Below the pieces are notes generated by a model, which made no database searches, was not told where the DNA came from, and saw only the letters and a program-made list of their open reading frames with translations. Below are positions 10,701 to 19,226 of a stretch of DNA of 64,000 nt, piece by piece. Position 1 is the stretch's first letter, and each line of letters starts with the position of its first letter. The DNA comes from Candidatus Latescibacterota bacterium (GTDB lineage Bacteria; Krumholzibacteriota; Krumholzibacteriia; WVZY01), in the NCBI GenBank assembly GCA_963791045.1, contig CAWBQK010000007.1:96001-160000 (forward strand), given 5' to 3'. A program made the position numbers and the translations under genes.

Positions 10701-11347
10701 TCAACGAGAGAAAAGAGCGTTTCGACTTCTTGAGTTCCCAAAAGGCGGATCTGGAAGAAGCCAAGGATGCTCTGAATCAGGCGATTCGCCGAATAAACCG
10801 GGAGGCGAGGCGCCGGATCAGCGAGACATTTGAAAAAGTCCGTGAGAACTTCAAGACGACCTTCCTCACGCTTTTTGACGGCGGAGAGGCTGACCTGCTC
10901 TTTGTTGACTCGGACGACCCGTTGGAAGCGAATATCAAGATTGTGGCCAACCCCAAGGGCAAGAGACTGCACGATATCTCAAGCCTGTCGGGCGGCGAAA
11001 GGGCGCTCGTTGCCCTGTCGCTCTTGTTTGCGATTTATCTTGTGAAACCGAGCCCGTTCTGCGTATTTGACGAGGTGGATGCGCCCCTCGATGACGCGAA
11101 TATCGGACGGTTCGTCAAACTTCTCCAGTCATTTACTGACCACACGCGGTTCATCGTGATCACGCATAACAAGAAGACCATGGAGGCCGCGGATACACTC
11201 TATGGTGTGACGATGGAAGAGCCTGGAGTATCCAAAATGATCTCCGTTCATATCGGCGACGTCGACAGATTCCAGGATAACAGACAACCACTTAGAAACG
11301 ACGTCGTGCGGGAATCCACCGACGAAGAAATCCCCGTACAGACATAA
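7736..11347 (+). CDS. smc: Chromosome segregation protein SMC
   Basis: GFKSF, GPNGCGKTNIVDA, long coiled coils, hinge, LSGGE, FDEVDAPLD, VITH; TTG start with GGAGGA SD. Confidence 0.97.
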   Translation: MNLTRIEIAGFKSFENRLGMNFTGGITAVLGPNGCGKTNIVDAIRWVLGEQKTRLLRNTKMENVIFNGTKKRKQLGMAEVHLTLSNEDRALPLDYSEITISRKLFRDGGSEYSINGEIARLKDIRSLLVDTGLGNHTYSIIEREMVDSVISEKDQDKRFLLEEAAGVMRYRLQREEALRKISHTENDLTRLNDILAELDKEIRSLRYQMGKAKRYSRLREKLEVMESALVKRSLYDLLGEVDEIKKEKTRHEGITLADDNDITVREDRLQKLRIEAAELERRLQDFYENRHQLSQSLQQHEERIAILTERMTSNENRIREDDEEIQRSRKKLESLGEELVGLREVVEGKETVLENRRGELMKAEGSFREAAGRLNVVRGEIRDRKQLELDLLREQERVRGIREHLSERLKEVREKKERDGGDLERLTSKRSDLDARLEEGRAEAEAKRIRIGFLNDRLEELAEKTERVVEKIAECDDATSHQTIELNRFKEKTDLLKRIKSEHTQREDEFVTETGRVKGILADRVRVDKKFRRCFEACLSPVLQSLLTESKADALQCVEEIRGNGNGNGKGKVQILYPNGNGGRSNGPDDGSSLGHALDFLDGDDGVMDYLGSYLSDVYVAENVSNAMSMLERNPKRRVATLDGIFFDGPGRIMVAGSDDIEMTVLEFDSKIEELVSSIESCEAQITGLQQKREELGGSKTGYGEEITALRLELRGVEAENERVVDSRGELEKQLAVVDEKLANLAAAQAEYKRVIDDLSGKLAVAPESSSEMDDDEAIGRELTALERRALDLEREKEALGESTAMIKLDIATITGEITTAAEKRKNAEMLDSELKELIAYREEDATRCREEIESARTDIGEAREKIGRLHADVDKVEKDIDLAKESHSEVSENCDTFEKELKGLKDERDDKRENIQRCNLDIATRETRIHDLLEKARDNFNQDLAPFARDRSRFEPAEWEELDFDTLEDLRRQVEAFGPVNMLAVDEFNERKERFDFLSSQKADLEEAKDALNQAIRRINREARRRISETFEKVRENFKTTFLTLFDGGEADLLFVDSDDPLEANIKIVANPKGKRLHDISSLSGGERALVALSLLFAIYLVKPSPFCVFDEVDAPLDDANIGRFVKLLQSFTDHTRFIVITHNKKTMEAADTLYGVTMEEPGVSKMISVHIGDVDRFQDNRQPLRNDVVRESTDEEIPVQT

Positions 11348-11356
11348 GACACAGAT

Positions 11357-12241
11357 ATGTTTGATCTCAAGGCGAGACTGAAAAAGACGCGAGAGGGTTT
11401 TGTGTCGCCGCTGAAAAAAGTGTTTCAGCGCGGGACAAAGCTTTCGCTTGAAGACCACGAAGCGGTGGAGGAACTCCTCATCGGTTCGGATATGGGCGTC
11501 GAGGCCTGTGATCGGATCATGGATGCCCTCAAATCCGAGAAAAACATTGACGATTATCATTCCTTCCTCAGGGATGAATTCACCGAACTCCTCGCGGAAG
11601 ATGAAAACGCCGGTTCAACCACGACAACTGCCCCGCGCGCCATCCTCATCATCGGCGTAAACGGCGTCGGAAAGACGACGAGCATCGCGAAGCTTGCCAA
11701 CCACTACAAGGGACAGGGAAAGTCGGTGGTTCTCGCCGCCGGCGACACTTTCCGCGCCGCCGCCGTGGAGCAGCTGTCAACGTGGGCGGGCCGGATCGGG
11801 GTCGAGATGATCGGACACAAGGATGGAGGAGATCCCGCGGCTGTGGCCTTCGACGCCTGCTCGGCCGCGAAATCGCGCGGCGCGGACTACGTGATCATCG
11901 ACACGGCGGGGCGGCTCCACACCCGGGTCAATCTCATGGAGGAGCTCAAGAAGATCCGCCGCGTGTGCGAAAAGGTTCTTGGTCCCGAATCCGTTGACTC
12001 GTATCTGGTGCTCGACGCGACATTGGGGCAGAACAGTCTTCACCAGGCCAGAGAATTCACCCGTAGCCTGGACACAAACGGAATTATCCTCACAAAGCTC
12101 GATAGCACCGCGAAAGGCGGGATCGTGATCGCGATTCGCCAGTCGCTTGGGATACCCGTCCGTTTCATCGGCGTCGGGGAGGGGATGGATGACTTCGCTC
12201 CGTTCTCCGCTTCCGAGTTTATCGATGCCCTCCTCGCGTAA
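11357..12241 (+). CDS. ftsY: Signal recognition particle receptor FtsY
   Basis: GVNGVGKTT, DTFRAAA, DTAGRLH, TKLDSTAKGG, GVGE. Confidence 0.97.
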   Translation: MFDLKARLKKTREGFVSPLKKVFQRGTKLSLEDHEAVEELLIGSDMGVEACDRIMDALKSEKNIDDYHSFLRDEFTELLAEDENAGSTTTTAPRAILIIGVNGVGKTTSIAKLANHYKGQGKSVVLAAGDTFRAAAVEQLSTWAGRIGVEMIGHKDGGDPAAVAFDACSAAKSRGADYVIIDTAGRLHTRVNLMEELKKIRRVCEKVLGPESVDSYLVLDATLGQNSLHQAREFTRSLDTNGIILTKLDSTAKGGIVIAIRQSLGIPVRFIGVGEGMDDFAPFSASEFIDALLA

Positions 12242-12303
12242 ACCTTGTTTCCCATACAAATCCCTTCCCCCCCCCGCAGGCTCCCAAGATTCGTGATGTG
12301 GTC

Positions 12304-12331
12304 TTGACAAGTGTGGAAAATAGCGTAATAT
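12304..12331 (+). promoter_or_regulatory. sigma70 promoter for rib operon
   Basis: TTGACA-N16-TAATAT just upstream of the riboswitch. Confidence 0.7.
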
Positions 12332-12344
12332 AGAGGGGAACGAG

Positions 12345-12462
12345 GACCTTCGGGGCGGGGTGAAAGTCCCCACCGGCGGTGACAGCCCGCGAGTGGGCCG
12401 ACAGGCCTACTGATCCGGTGCAATTCCGGAGCCGACAGTTAAAGTCTGGATGGGAGAAGGTC
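12345..12462 (+). ncRNA. FMN riboswitch (RFN element)
   Basis: CTTCGGGGCGGGGTGAAAGTCCCCACCGGCGGT...AGCCCGCGAG...GATCCGGTGCAATTCCGGAGCCGACAGTTAAAGTCTGGATGGGAGAAG; P1 GACCTTC/GAAGGTC; lies upstream of ribD. Confidence 0.97.
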
Positions 12463-12649
12463 AACCCGACGGCGACGGATTCGTTGCCCGCACGGCGTGC
12501 GGGGATCGAGGCCGTGGCGGTTCCTCCCTTGGACAAACCCCGACAACCGTCCGCTTTCGTGACCCCTCTCGAACGGGAATGGATTCGTGTGTGATTCAAG
12601 TCTGAATTTCCCCGATTCGTGCCGAAGGATTTCCAACCCGGGTGACCCT

Positions 12650-13783
12650 TTGACGCAAAGCGCCGATCTTGACGAACATGCCGCCGACTCTTTCTTTCTT
12701 GATCGGGCGCTGGATGTTGCCTGGTTGGGCGCCGGCCGCGCCCATCCGAATCCGCTCGTCGGCGCGGTCGTCGTCAAGGACGGCCGGATTCTTGGCGCCG
12801 GCTGCCACGAACGGTTTGGCGGGGCGCACGCAGAGATCGCTGCGCTTGACCGCGCGGGAAACGGGGCGGAAGGCGGCACGCTCTATGTCACTCTCGAGCC
12901 GTGTTGTCACCACGGAAACACTCCGCCCTGTGTTGAGTCCATAGTGGACAAAGGTGTCCGCCGTGTTGTCATCCCGACCCTCGACCCCGATGAACGTGTC
13001 AATGGACGTGGGGTGCGGTATCTCGAGGATAACGGAATTTCGGTGGATATTGGGATCGGCCGGGACCGTGCGTTGATCCTCAATATGAAATATCTCAAGA
13101 ACAAGTTGGGTCTTGGCCCGGCTGTTACCCTGAAAATGGCCGTCACCCTCGATGGCCGAATCGCTTCGAGCCCGGGGGCTCGAGACGATATTACAGGTGT
13201 CGAGGCGAGGCGTTTGGTCCACAGGCTCCGAGCGGCGCACGACGCGGTTGCTATCGGAGTCAACACTTTCGATGTCGATTCTCCAAAACTTGATTGCCGC
13301 CTGGTGGATGGAGTGGCCGCTCCCGTGCCGGTCGTGTTTGATTCGAAATTGTCTTTTCCCAGCGCCCATCCGTGGTTGTCGGGACGCGCCGCGGTGATTG
13401 TTGCCGGCTGTGATACGCCTCCGGAAAAAGAAGAAGAAATCAAGGCGGCGGGTGGGCGTGTCTTGAAGTGCGCGATCGACGAGACCGGTGTCGATGTCGC
13501 GGACACTGTCGACGCCCTCTGTGGTTTGGGGCTGGAGAGCGTTCTTGTGGAAGGCGGGGCGAAAGTATTCGAGAGCTTTGTTCGGGCGGGCGTGTGGGAT
13601 GGGATGTTCATGTTTGTCGCGCCTTCACTCTTTGGCGCGGGTGGCGTTGCCGTTTCGAACGATCGTTTCGACAAGGCCACATTGAACGCCGAACTCGCCG
13701 GCGTGGCGACCGTTGGGGGCGACGTTCTTCTCAGCTTTATCAATAAGAATACGCAGCGCTCGCTGCTCGAAAAACTGGGATAA
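12650..13783 (+). CDS. ribD: Bifunctional deaminase/reductase RibD
   Basis: PNPLVGAV, HAE, YVTLEPCCHHGNTPPC, LKMAVTLDGRIA, VLVEGG; start uncertain (TTG 12650 preferred over GTG 12587). Confidence 0.95.
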   Translation: MTQSADLDEHAADSFFLDRALDVAWLGAGRAHPNPLVGAVVVKDGRILGAGCHERFGGAHAEIAALDRAGNGAEGGTLYVTLEPCCHHGNTPPCVESIVDKGVRRVVIPTLDPDERVNGRGVRYLEDNGISVDIGIGRDRALILNMKYLKNKLGLGPAVTLKMAVTLDGRIASSPGARDDITGVEARRLVHRLRAAHDAVAIGVNTFDVDSPKLDCRLVDGVAAPVPVVFDSKLSFPSAHPWLSGRAAVIVAGCDTPPEKEEEIKAAGGRVLKCAIDETGVDVADTVDALCGLGLESVLVEGGAKVFESFVRAGVWDGMFMFVAPSLFGAGGVAVSNDRFDKATLNAELAGVATVGGDVLLSFINKNTQRSLLEKLG

Positions 13784-13792
13784 GGAGCCGAC

Positions 13793-14395
13793 GTGTTTAC
13801 CGGGATCGTCCAGACAATCGGAAAAGTGGAGAGCCAGCGGCGCTCGGGCGAAGGCGTGTCGTTTGTTGTCTCGGGGATGGGCGCCGATATCTTGTCCGCT
13901 GGTGACAGCGTTGCGATAAACGGCGTCTGCCAGACGGTCGAGCGCCCCGGCGAGAGAGAGTTTGGTTTTACCGCAGTCGGTGAAACACTCGCGCGGACCA
14001 CGATGGAATCTCTTAAACGCGGCGCTCCGGTGAACCTCGAGACGGCCGCGACGCCACAGACGGCTCTCGGCGGCCACATCGTGCAGGGACATGTGGATGG
14101 GGTCGGGACGGTGGATTCATTTGCAAGGCGGGGCAGCGACTGGATCCTCGCCGTTCGAGTGCCTGTCGAATTGATGGCGACCGTTGTGCCGCAGGGATCC
14201 GTGACAATCGACGGGACCAGCTTGACGGTCGTCGACGCAAAACCCCGCGGTATCGTCACGATGACCATTATCCCTTTCACAAGAGATAACACGGTTGCAC
14301 GCGATTACCGATCGGGAACCCGCGTAAACGTGGAGACCGATATCCTGGGGAAATATGTCGCCCGGTATCTCGATCAAGCTCGTTACGGAAAATAG
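13793..14395 (+). CDS. ribE: Riboflavin synthase (alpha chain)
   Basis: MFTGIV, GDSVAINGVCQTV, GGHIVQGHVDG, VNVETDILGKY. Confidence 0.95.
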   Translation: MFTGIVQTIGKVESQRRSGEGVSFVVSGMGADILSAGDSVAINGVCQTVERPGEREFGFTAVGETLARTTMESLKRGAPVNLETAATPQTALGGHIVQGHVDGVGTVDSFARRGSDWILAVRVPVELMATVVPQGSVTIDGTSLTVVDAKPRGIVTMTIIPFTRDNTVARDYRSGTRVNVETDILGKYVARYLDQARYGK

Positions 14396-14441
14396 TTGGA
14401 ATGGTGATGTGACGGATGAAAATGTATCAAGAGGTGAGATC

Positions 14442-15689
14442 ATGAGTGTGTTTTGCAGCGTTCCCGAAGCGTTAGAGGAAATCCGCAAGGGCAACATTTT
14501 GATAGTTGTCGATGACGAGGCCAGGGAAAACGAAGGCGATATGATTCTCGCGTCGGAAATGGCGACGCCCGAGAAAATCAATTTCCTGACGAAGTATGCC
14601 AGGGGCCTGATCTGTGTCGCTTTCACACCCGAGAGGTCACAGCAACTCGATCTCCCGCCCATGGTCCGGAATAACACGGCCAAGCTGGGGACTGCTTTCA
14701 CCGTATCGATCGATCTTATCGACGGGACGACCACGGGAATAAGCGCCTTTGACCGGTCGGCCACGATCATGGCGGCGATCGCGCCCAATGCGAAGGCGGA
14801 CGAATTTGCAAGACCGGGTCACGTCTTTCCGTTGACCTGTTTCCCCGGCGGCGTGCTTCGCAGAGCGGGGCACACAGAGGCGGCGGTGGATCTGGCCTCG
14901 CTGGCCGGGTTGTCTCCGTCGGGCGTTCTCTGCGAAGTAATGGACGAAGACGGCAGCATGGCGCGGCTTCCTCAGCTTGGGAAGGTCGCGAAAGAACACG
15001 GGCTCAAGATCGTCACGATCCAGGACCTCATCGAATACAGGCGGAGAAACGAAAAGCTGGTCACACATTTGACAACCGCCGACATGCCGACGCGAAACGG
15101 TGGGTTCAAGCTTCACCTGTTTAGCAATGACATCGATGGGACGATCCACGTCGCTCTCGTCAGGGGCGAGATCGAAGGGGACGAACCGATTCTTGTGCGG
15201 GTCCATTCCGAATGTCTCACCGGTGACGTGTTCGGATCGCTCCGTTGTGACTGCGGCCCCCAACTCGAGACGGCGCTGCAGCAGATCGACCGTGAGGGGC
15301 GCGGAATTCTCCTCTATATGAAGCAAGAGGGGCGCGGGATCGGTCTCGAAAACAAAATCAAGGCGTATGCGCTCCAGGAGCATGGACGCGACACCGTTGA
15401 AGCCAACGAAGAACTCGGTTTTCCGGCGGATCTTCGCGACTATGGGATCGGCGCTCAGATGCTGGTAACACTGGGCGTCAAAAAGATGAAGCTGATGACA
15501 AACAATCCGCGAAAGATTGTGGGTCTCGGGGCGTATGGAATTGAAATCGTCGAACGCGTGTCGATCGAGATCGTACCAAACGAGAGTAATCTCCAGTACC
15601 TGTCGACCAAGCGTGAGAAGCTCGGTCACATGCTTGGTAATGCGAGTGATATGGAAAACAAAATGAATGGAACGGACAGAAAGGAGTAG
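14442..15689 (+). CDS. ribBA: DHBP synthase / GTP cyclohydrolase II
   Basis: VDDEARENEGD, RPGHVFPL, RAGHTEAAVDL, RVHSECLTGDVFGSLRCDCG, QEGRGIGL; GAGGTG SD before ATG 14442. Confidence 0.97.
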   Translation: MSVFCSVPEALEEIRKGNILIVVDDEARENEGDMILASEMATPEKINFLTKYARGLICVAFTPERSQQLDLPPMVRNNTAKLGTAFTVSIDLIDGTTTGISAFDRSATIMAAIAPNAKADEFARPGHVFPLTCFPGGVLRRAGHTEAAVDLASLAGLSPSGVLCEVMDEDGSMARLPQLGKVAKEHGLKIVTIQDLIEYRRRNEKLVTHLTTADMPTRNGGFKLHLFSNDIDGTIHVALVRGEIEGDEPILVRVHSECLTGDVFGSLRCDCGPQLETALQQIDREGRGILLYMKQEGRGIGLENKIKAYALQEHGRDTVEANEELGFPADLRDYGIGAQMLVTLGVKKMKLMTNNPRKIVGLGAYGIEIVERVSIEIVPNESNLQYLSTKREKLGHMLGNASDMENKMNGTDRKE

Positions 15690-15693
15690 ATTC

Positions 15694-16155
15694 ATGCCGA
15701 ACCTGCACGAAGGAAGGTTGGATGCCGGTGGTAAACGAGTTGCCATCGTGGCCAGCCGCTTCAACGATTTTGTTACTCACAGGCTCGTCGACGGCGCGGT
15801 CGACTGCCTGGTGAGAAACGGCGCGGACGAGTCAGGGATCGATGTCTATTGGGTTCCGGGGTCGTTCGAGATTCCCCAACTGGTACAGAAGATCAGCCAG
15901 TCGATGGAATTCGATGGTCTTATCTGTCTGGGGACCATTGTGAGGGGAGATACCCATCATTTTGATGTTCTTGCGGGGACCGTCATTAAGGCCATAACCA
16001 ATATCAGCCTCGGATCACCCATTCCCATGACGCACGGTTTGATAACGGCCGATTCGCCCGATCAGGCGATGGACCGCGCCGGCGGTAAGGGAGGCAACAA
16101 GGGCTGGGAGAGTGCTCTTGCGTTGATCGAGATGATGAACCTGTGGAAGAGCTGA
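15694..16155 (+). CDS. ribH: 6,7-dimethyl-8-ribityllumazine synthase
   Basis: SRFNDFV, VPGSFEIP, LGTIVRGDTHHF, RAGGKGGNKG; AAGGAG SD. Confidence 0.96.
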   Translation: MPNLHEGRLDAGGKRVAIVASRFNDFVTHRLVDGAVDCLVRNGADESGIDVYWVPGSFEIPQLVQKISQSMEFDGLICLGTIVRGDTHHFDVLAGTVIKAITNISLGSPIPMTHGLITADSPDQAMDRAGGKGGNKGWESALALIEMMNLWKS

Positions 16156-16162
16156 GATAATA

Positions 16163-16579
16163 GTGGGCAAACGCAGAAAAGCCAGGGAGATTGTTCTTCA
16201 ATCCCTTTACGAGATGGAGTTCTCCGACTCGACGTGGGAGGAGGTGCTCTCCGGTCACACCGACCGAAGAGGATCCACCGGCGAGACGGCGGAGTACGCC
16301 CGGACCCTGCTCTCGACGACGATGGAGAACAAGGGCCACCTCGACGAGGTGATCGAATCGGTCCTGCAGAACTGGGAAATGGGCAGGATCTCACTGATTG
16401 ACAAAAACATTCTTCGATTCGCATTGTGTGAGATACTCTACTTTCCGGAGATTCCGCCGCGGGTAATCATCAATGAAGCTATCGAAGTGGCGCATCGGTT
16501 CAGTTCTCACGAAGCGGGGAAATTCGTCAACGGCATTCTGGACAGGTTTCTGAAACAGTACAGAGGGGATGCAGATTGA
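16163..16579 (+). CDS. nusB: Transcription antitermination factor NusB
   Basis: RRKAREIVLQSLY, IDKNILR, VIINEAIEVA, FVNGILD; follows ribH. Confidence 0.95.
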   Translation: MGKRRKAREIVLQSLYEMEFSDSTWEEVLSGHTDRRGSTGETAEYARTLLSTTMENKGHLDEVIESVLQNWEMGRISLIDKNILRFALCEILYFPEIPPRVIINEAIEVAHRFSSHEAGKFVNGILDRFLKQYRGDAD

Positions 16580-17307
16580 GATTCCTTTTTTTCTCGGACG
16601 TGCACAGTAACCTCGAAGCGCTCACTTCGGTTTTAGATGACGCGACGGCGAGGGGATTCGACCGAGCGATCTGTCTTGGTGACATCGTCGGGTACGGCGC
16701 GAGTCCCGAGGAGTGCGTAAAAAAGATCTCCGGACTGCCGAATTCTTCCGCGGTGCTGGGAAACCATGACGCGGCGGTGATCAACCCGAAGGAGCGCGTG
16801 TTCCTCAATCCGGTCGCACAGACAGGCGTGAAATACAGTGAAGCCCAGCTTACGAGAGAGAGCATCGAGTATCTCAATTCACTCGAATTCATAATTGAAT
16901 CGAAGAACGATTTTATCGCCAGTCACGCGTCTCCGTACAAGCCCGAGAGCTGGGTGTATGTTCTCGAGCCGATCGAGGCCACCGACGCGTTTCATGTGAT
17001 GACGCACCCGGTGGCGTTTATCGGGCACACTCATTTTCCCGTCGTCCACAACAGCAACGGGTTGATCAAACCAATTCTTCCGGGGGACAGAATCAAAATC
17101 CGGAAGACCGAGAAGTCCATTATTAATGTCGGTAGTGTCGGTCAGCCGCGGGACGGAGATCCTCGGGCCGCCTACATCATCTTCGACGATGAGAACCTGG
17201 TGGCGGAAGTCTTTCGCGTTGAATACGATATCGAAACCGCTTCACAAAAGATTGTCGATGCGGGTCTGCCGCCGATGCTCTCGGACAGGATTCGCAGGGG
17301 ATACTAA
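16576..17307 (+). CDS. Metallophosphoesterase (calcineurin-like)
   Basis: SDVHSN, LGDIVGY, GNHD, GHTH, NVGSVGQPRDGDPRA. Confidence 0.9.
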   Translation: MRFLFFSDVHSNLEALTSVLDDATARGFDRAICLGDIVGYGASPEECVKKISGLPNSSAVLGNHDAAVINPKERVFLNPVAQTGVKYSEAQLTRESIEYLNSLEFIIESKNDFIASHASPYKPESWVYVLEPIEATDAFHVMTHPVAFIGHTHFPVVHNSNGLIKPILPGDRIKIRKTEKSIINVGSVGQPRDGDPRAAYIIFDDENLVAEVFRVEYDIETASQKIVDAGLPPMLSDRIRRGY

Positions 17308-17320
17308 TTAATCACTCTCG

Positions 17321-18094
17321 ATGAAGAAAACATCCGAAAAAAAACACTGGGACGATTTCTGGGCCGCGTCACGCAATCTTGAAGACGTCTATGGCACCGA
17401 TGACAGGATCATCGAGAACCTTTCCGCGTATGTGGATTTCGACGGATTGCGTGTTCTCGAGGTCGGTGCCGGTACGGGGCGGGATGCCGCGTTGATGAAA
17501 TCACTCGGGGCCGACGTGGTGGCGCTGGACTACAGCGAAGAATCTCTCGCGCTCATGAAAACCTCATTGCCGACGGAAGAAACGGGCGCACCGCTGGACA
17601 TCGTGTGTGGAGACGCGCTTGGGCTTCCGCTTCGTTCGGACTCCTTCGATGTCGTTTATCACCAGGGGCTGCTCGAACATTTCAGAAACCCTGATGATCT
17701 TCTCAGCGAGAATGTTCGCGTGCTCAAGCCGGGTGGACTCTTGCTCGTTGACGTTCCTCAGCGGTATCACTACTACACAGTTCTCAAGCACATACTGATG
17801 GCCGTGGGCAAATGGTTTGCCGGATGGGAAACCGAGTTTTCGGTCGGCGAACTCGAGCGCATGGTCGAGAAGCAGGGACTGGAAATCGTCGGAGTTTATG
17901 GACACAACTTGTTTCCTCCGATATGGTATCGGGGGCTGAGGCGGGTTCTGCTCCGTGTCGGGATTCGACTACCTATGTATACGAAGGACGCCGGAGTTGC
18001 CGCCGGTGTCAGACGGTTCTTCAGGTCTTTGATTCCTCAAGGTGTGTATGTAAATACGGCGATGGTCATCGGGTGCATTGCACGAAAGAAGTGA
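17321..18094 (+). CDS. Class I SAM-dependent methyltransferase
   Basis: VLEVGAGTG, GDALGLP, FDVVYHQGLLEH, RVLKPGG. Confidence 0.9.
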   Translation: MKKTSEKKHWDDFWAASRNLEDVYGTDDRIIENLSAYVDFDGLRVLEVGAGTGRDAALMKSLGADVVALDYSEESLALMKTSLPTEETGAPLDIVCGDALGLPLRSDSFDVVYHQGLLEHFRNPDDLLSENVRVLKPGGLLLVDVPQRYHYYTVLKHILMAVGKWFAGWETEFSVGELERMVEKQGLEIVGVYGHNLFPPIWYRGLRRVLLRVGIRLPMYTKDAGVAAGVRRFFRSLIPQGVYVNTAMVIGCIARKK

Positions 18095-18095
18095 G

Positions 18096-19226
18096 ATGGG
18101 CCGTTTTGTGGCAGTTAATTGGAGGGACCTCAAGAATCCGGATGCCGGAGGGGCCGAAGTTCATCTGCACGAAATCCTCAAACATCTGGTTGCCGACGGA
18201 CACGATGTAACGTATTTCGTCAGCGAATTCCCGGGCTGCTCGGAGACGGATGAACACGATGGAATCAAGATCATACGCAAGGGCGCCTGGTATAACGCAA
18301 ACTATGTGATTCCGCGGCATGTCCGATCGTTCGTCAGGAGCAACCCCTGCGACCTCGTGATCGAGGACATAAACAAAATCCCGTTTTTTCTCCCTAAATT
18401 TGTCGACGTGCCCGTCGTCCCCGTGATTCCTCATTTATTCGGCGCGACGGTGTACCGCGAGACAAACCCATTGTTCGCGACCTACGTTTACCTGTGGGAA
18501 AAGCTGATACCGCCCGTCTACAAGACCAACCGATTCGTCGTCATAAGCCCGAGCACCCGGGACGATCTTGTGGAGCGCGGCATTGATTCCGATCGAATCG
18601 ATGTGGTGTTGTGCGGCCTCGATCACGACGCTTTCAGAGTGCTCGACGGTATCACCCGCTACGAGGCGCCTACGCTCATTCATTTTGGGCGGGTCAGAAA
18701 ATATAAATCGGTCGATACGGTGATAAACGCATTTGCCGTGGTCAAAGAGAAGCTGCCCGACGCCCGTCTTCTCATTGTCGGCGATGGCCCCGAGAAACCG
18801 AGTCTCGAAGCGCAGGCACGGCGCATGGGGTTGTTGGAATCGATGGAATTTACGGGCGCCGTGAGTTCCGCGGTGCTCGTCGAGCTTCTCAATAAGGCCC
18901 ACGTTTTTCTCAACGCCAGCCCGAAAGAAGGTTGGGGGTTGACCGTTGTTGAGGCCAATGCGTGTGGTTTGCCCGTGGTGGCCAGTCGTCGTCCGGGTCT
19001 ACAGGACTCGGTAAAAGATGGCGAGACGGGTTATCTCGTCGAATACGGAGATGTGGACGGCTTTGCGTCGCGGACGCTCGAGCTGCTCACAGATCAGGCG
19101 AAATGGCTTGAGATGAGCAGCGCGGGGCTCGAGTGGGCCCGATCCCTCACATGGGATCGTACGGGACGTGAGATGGCGGACATTTTTATCGAAGAAATTG
19201 AACGGAGCAAATCGGCGAAACAATGA
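18096..19226 (+). CDS. GT4 glycosyltransferase
   Basis: NWRDLKNPDAGGAE, GRVRKYK, EGWGLTVVEANACG. Confidence 0.92.
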   Translation: MGRFVAVNWRDLKNPDAGGAEVHLHEILKHLVADGHDVTYFVSEFPGCSETDEHDGIKIIRKGAWYNANYVIPRHVRSFVRSNPCDLVIEDINKIPFFLPKFVDVPVVPVIPHLFGATVYRETNPLFATYVYLWEKLIPPVYKTNRFVVISPSTRDDLVERGIDSDRIDVVLCGLDHDAFRVLDGITRYEAPTLIHFGRVRKYKSVDTVINAFAVVKEKLPDARLLIVGDGPEKPSLEAQARRMGLLESMEFTGAVSSAVLVELLNKAHVFLNASPKEGWGLTVVEANACGLPVVASRRPGLQDSVKDGETGYLVEYGDVDGFASRTLELLTDQAKWLEMSSAGLEWARSLTWDRTGREMADIFIEEIERSKSAKQ

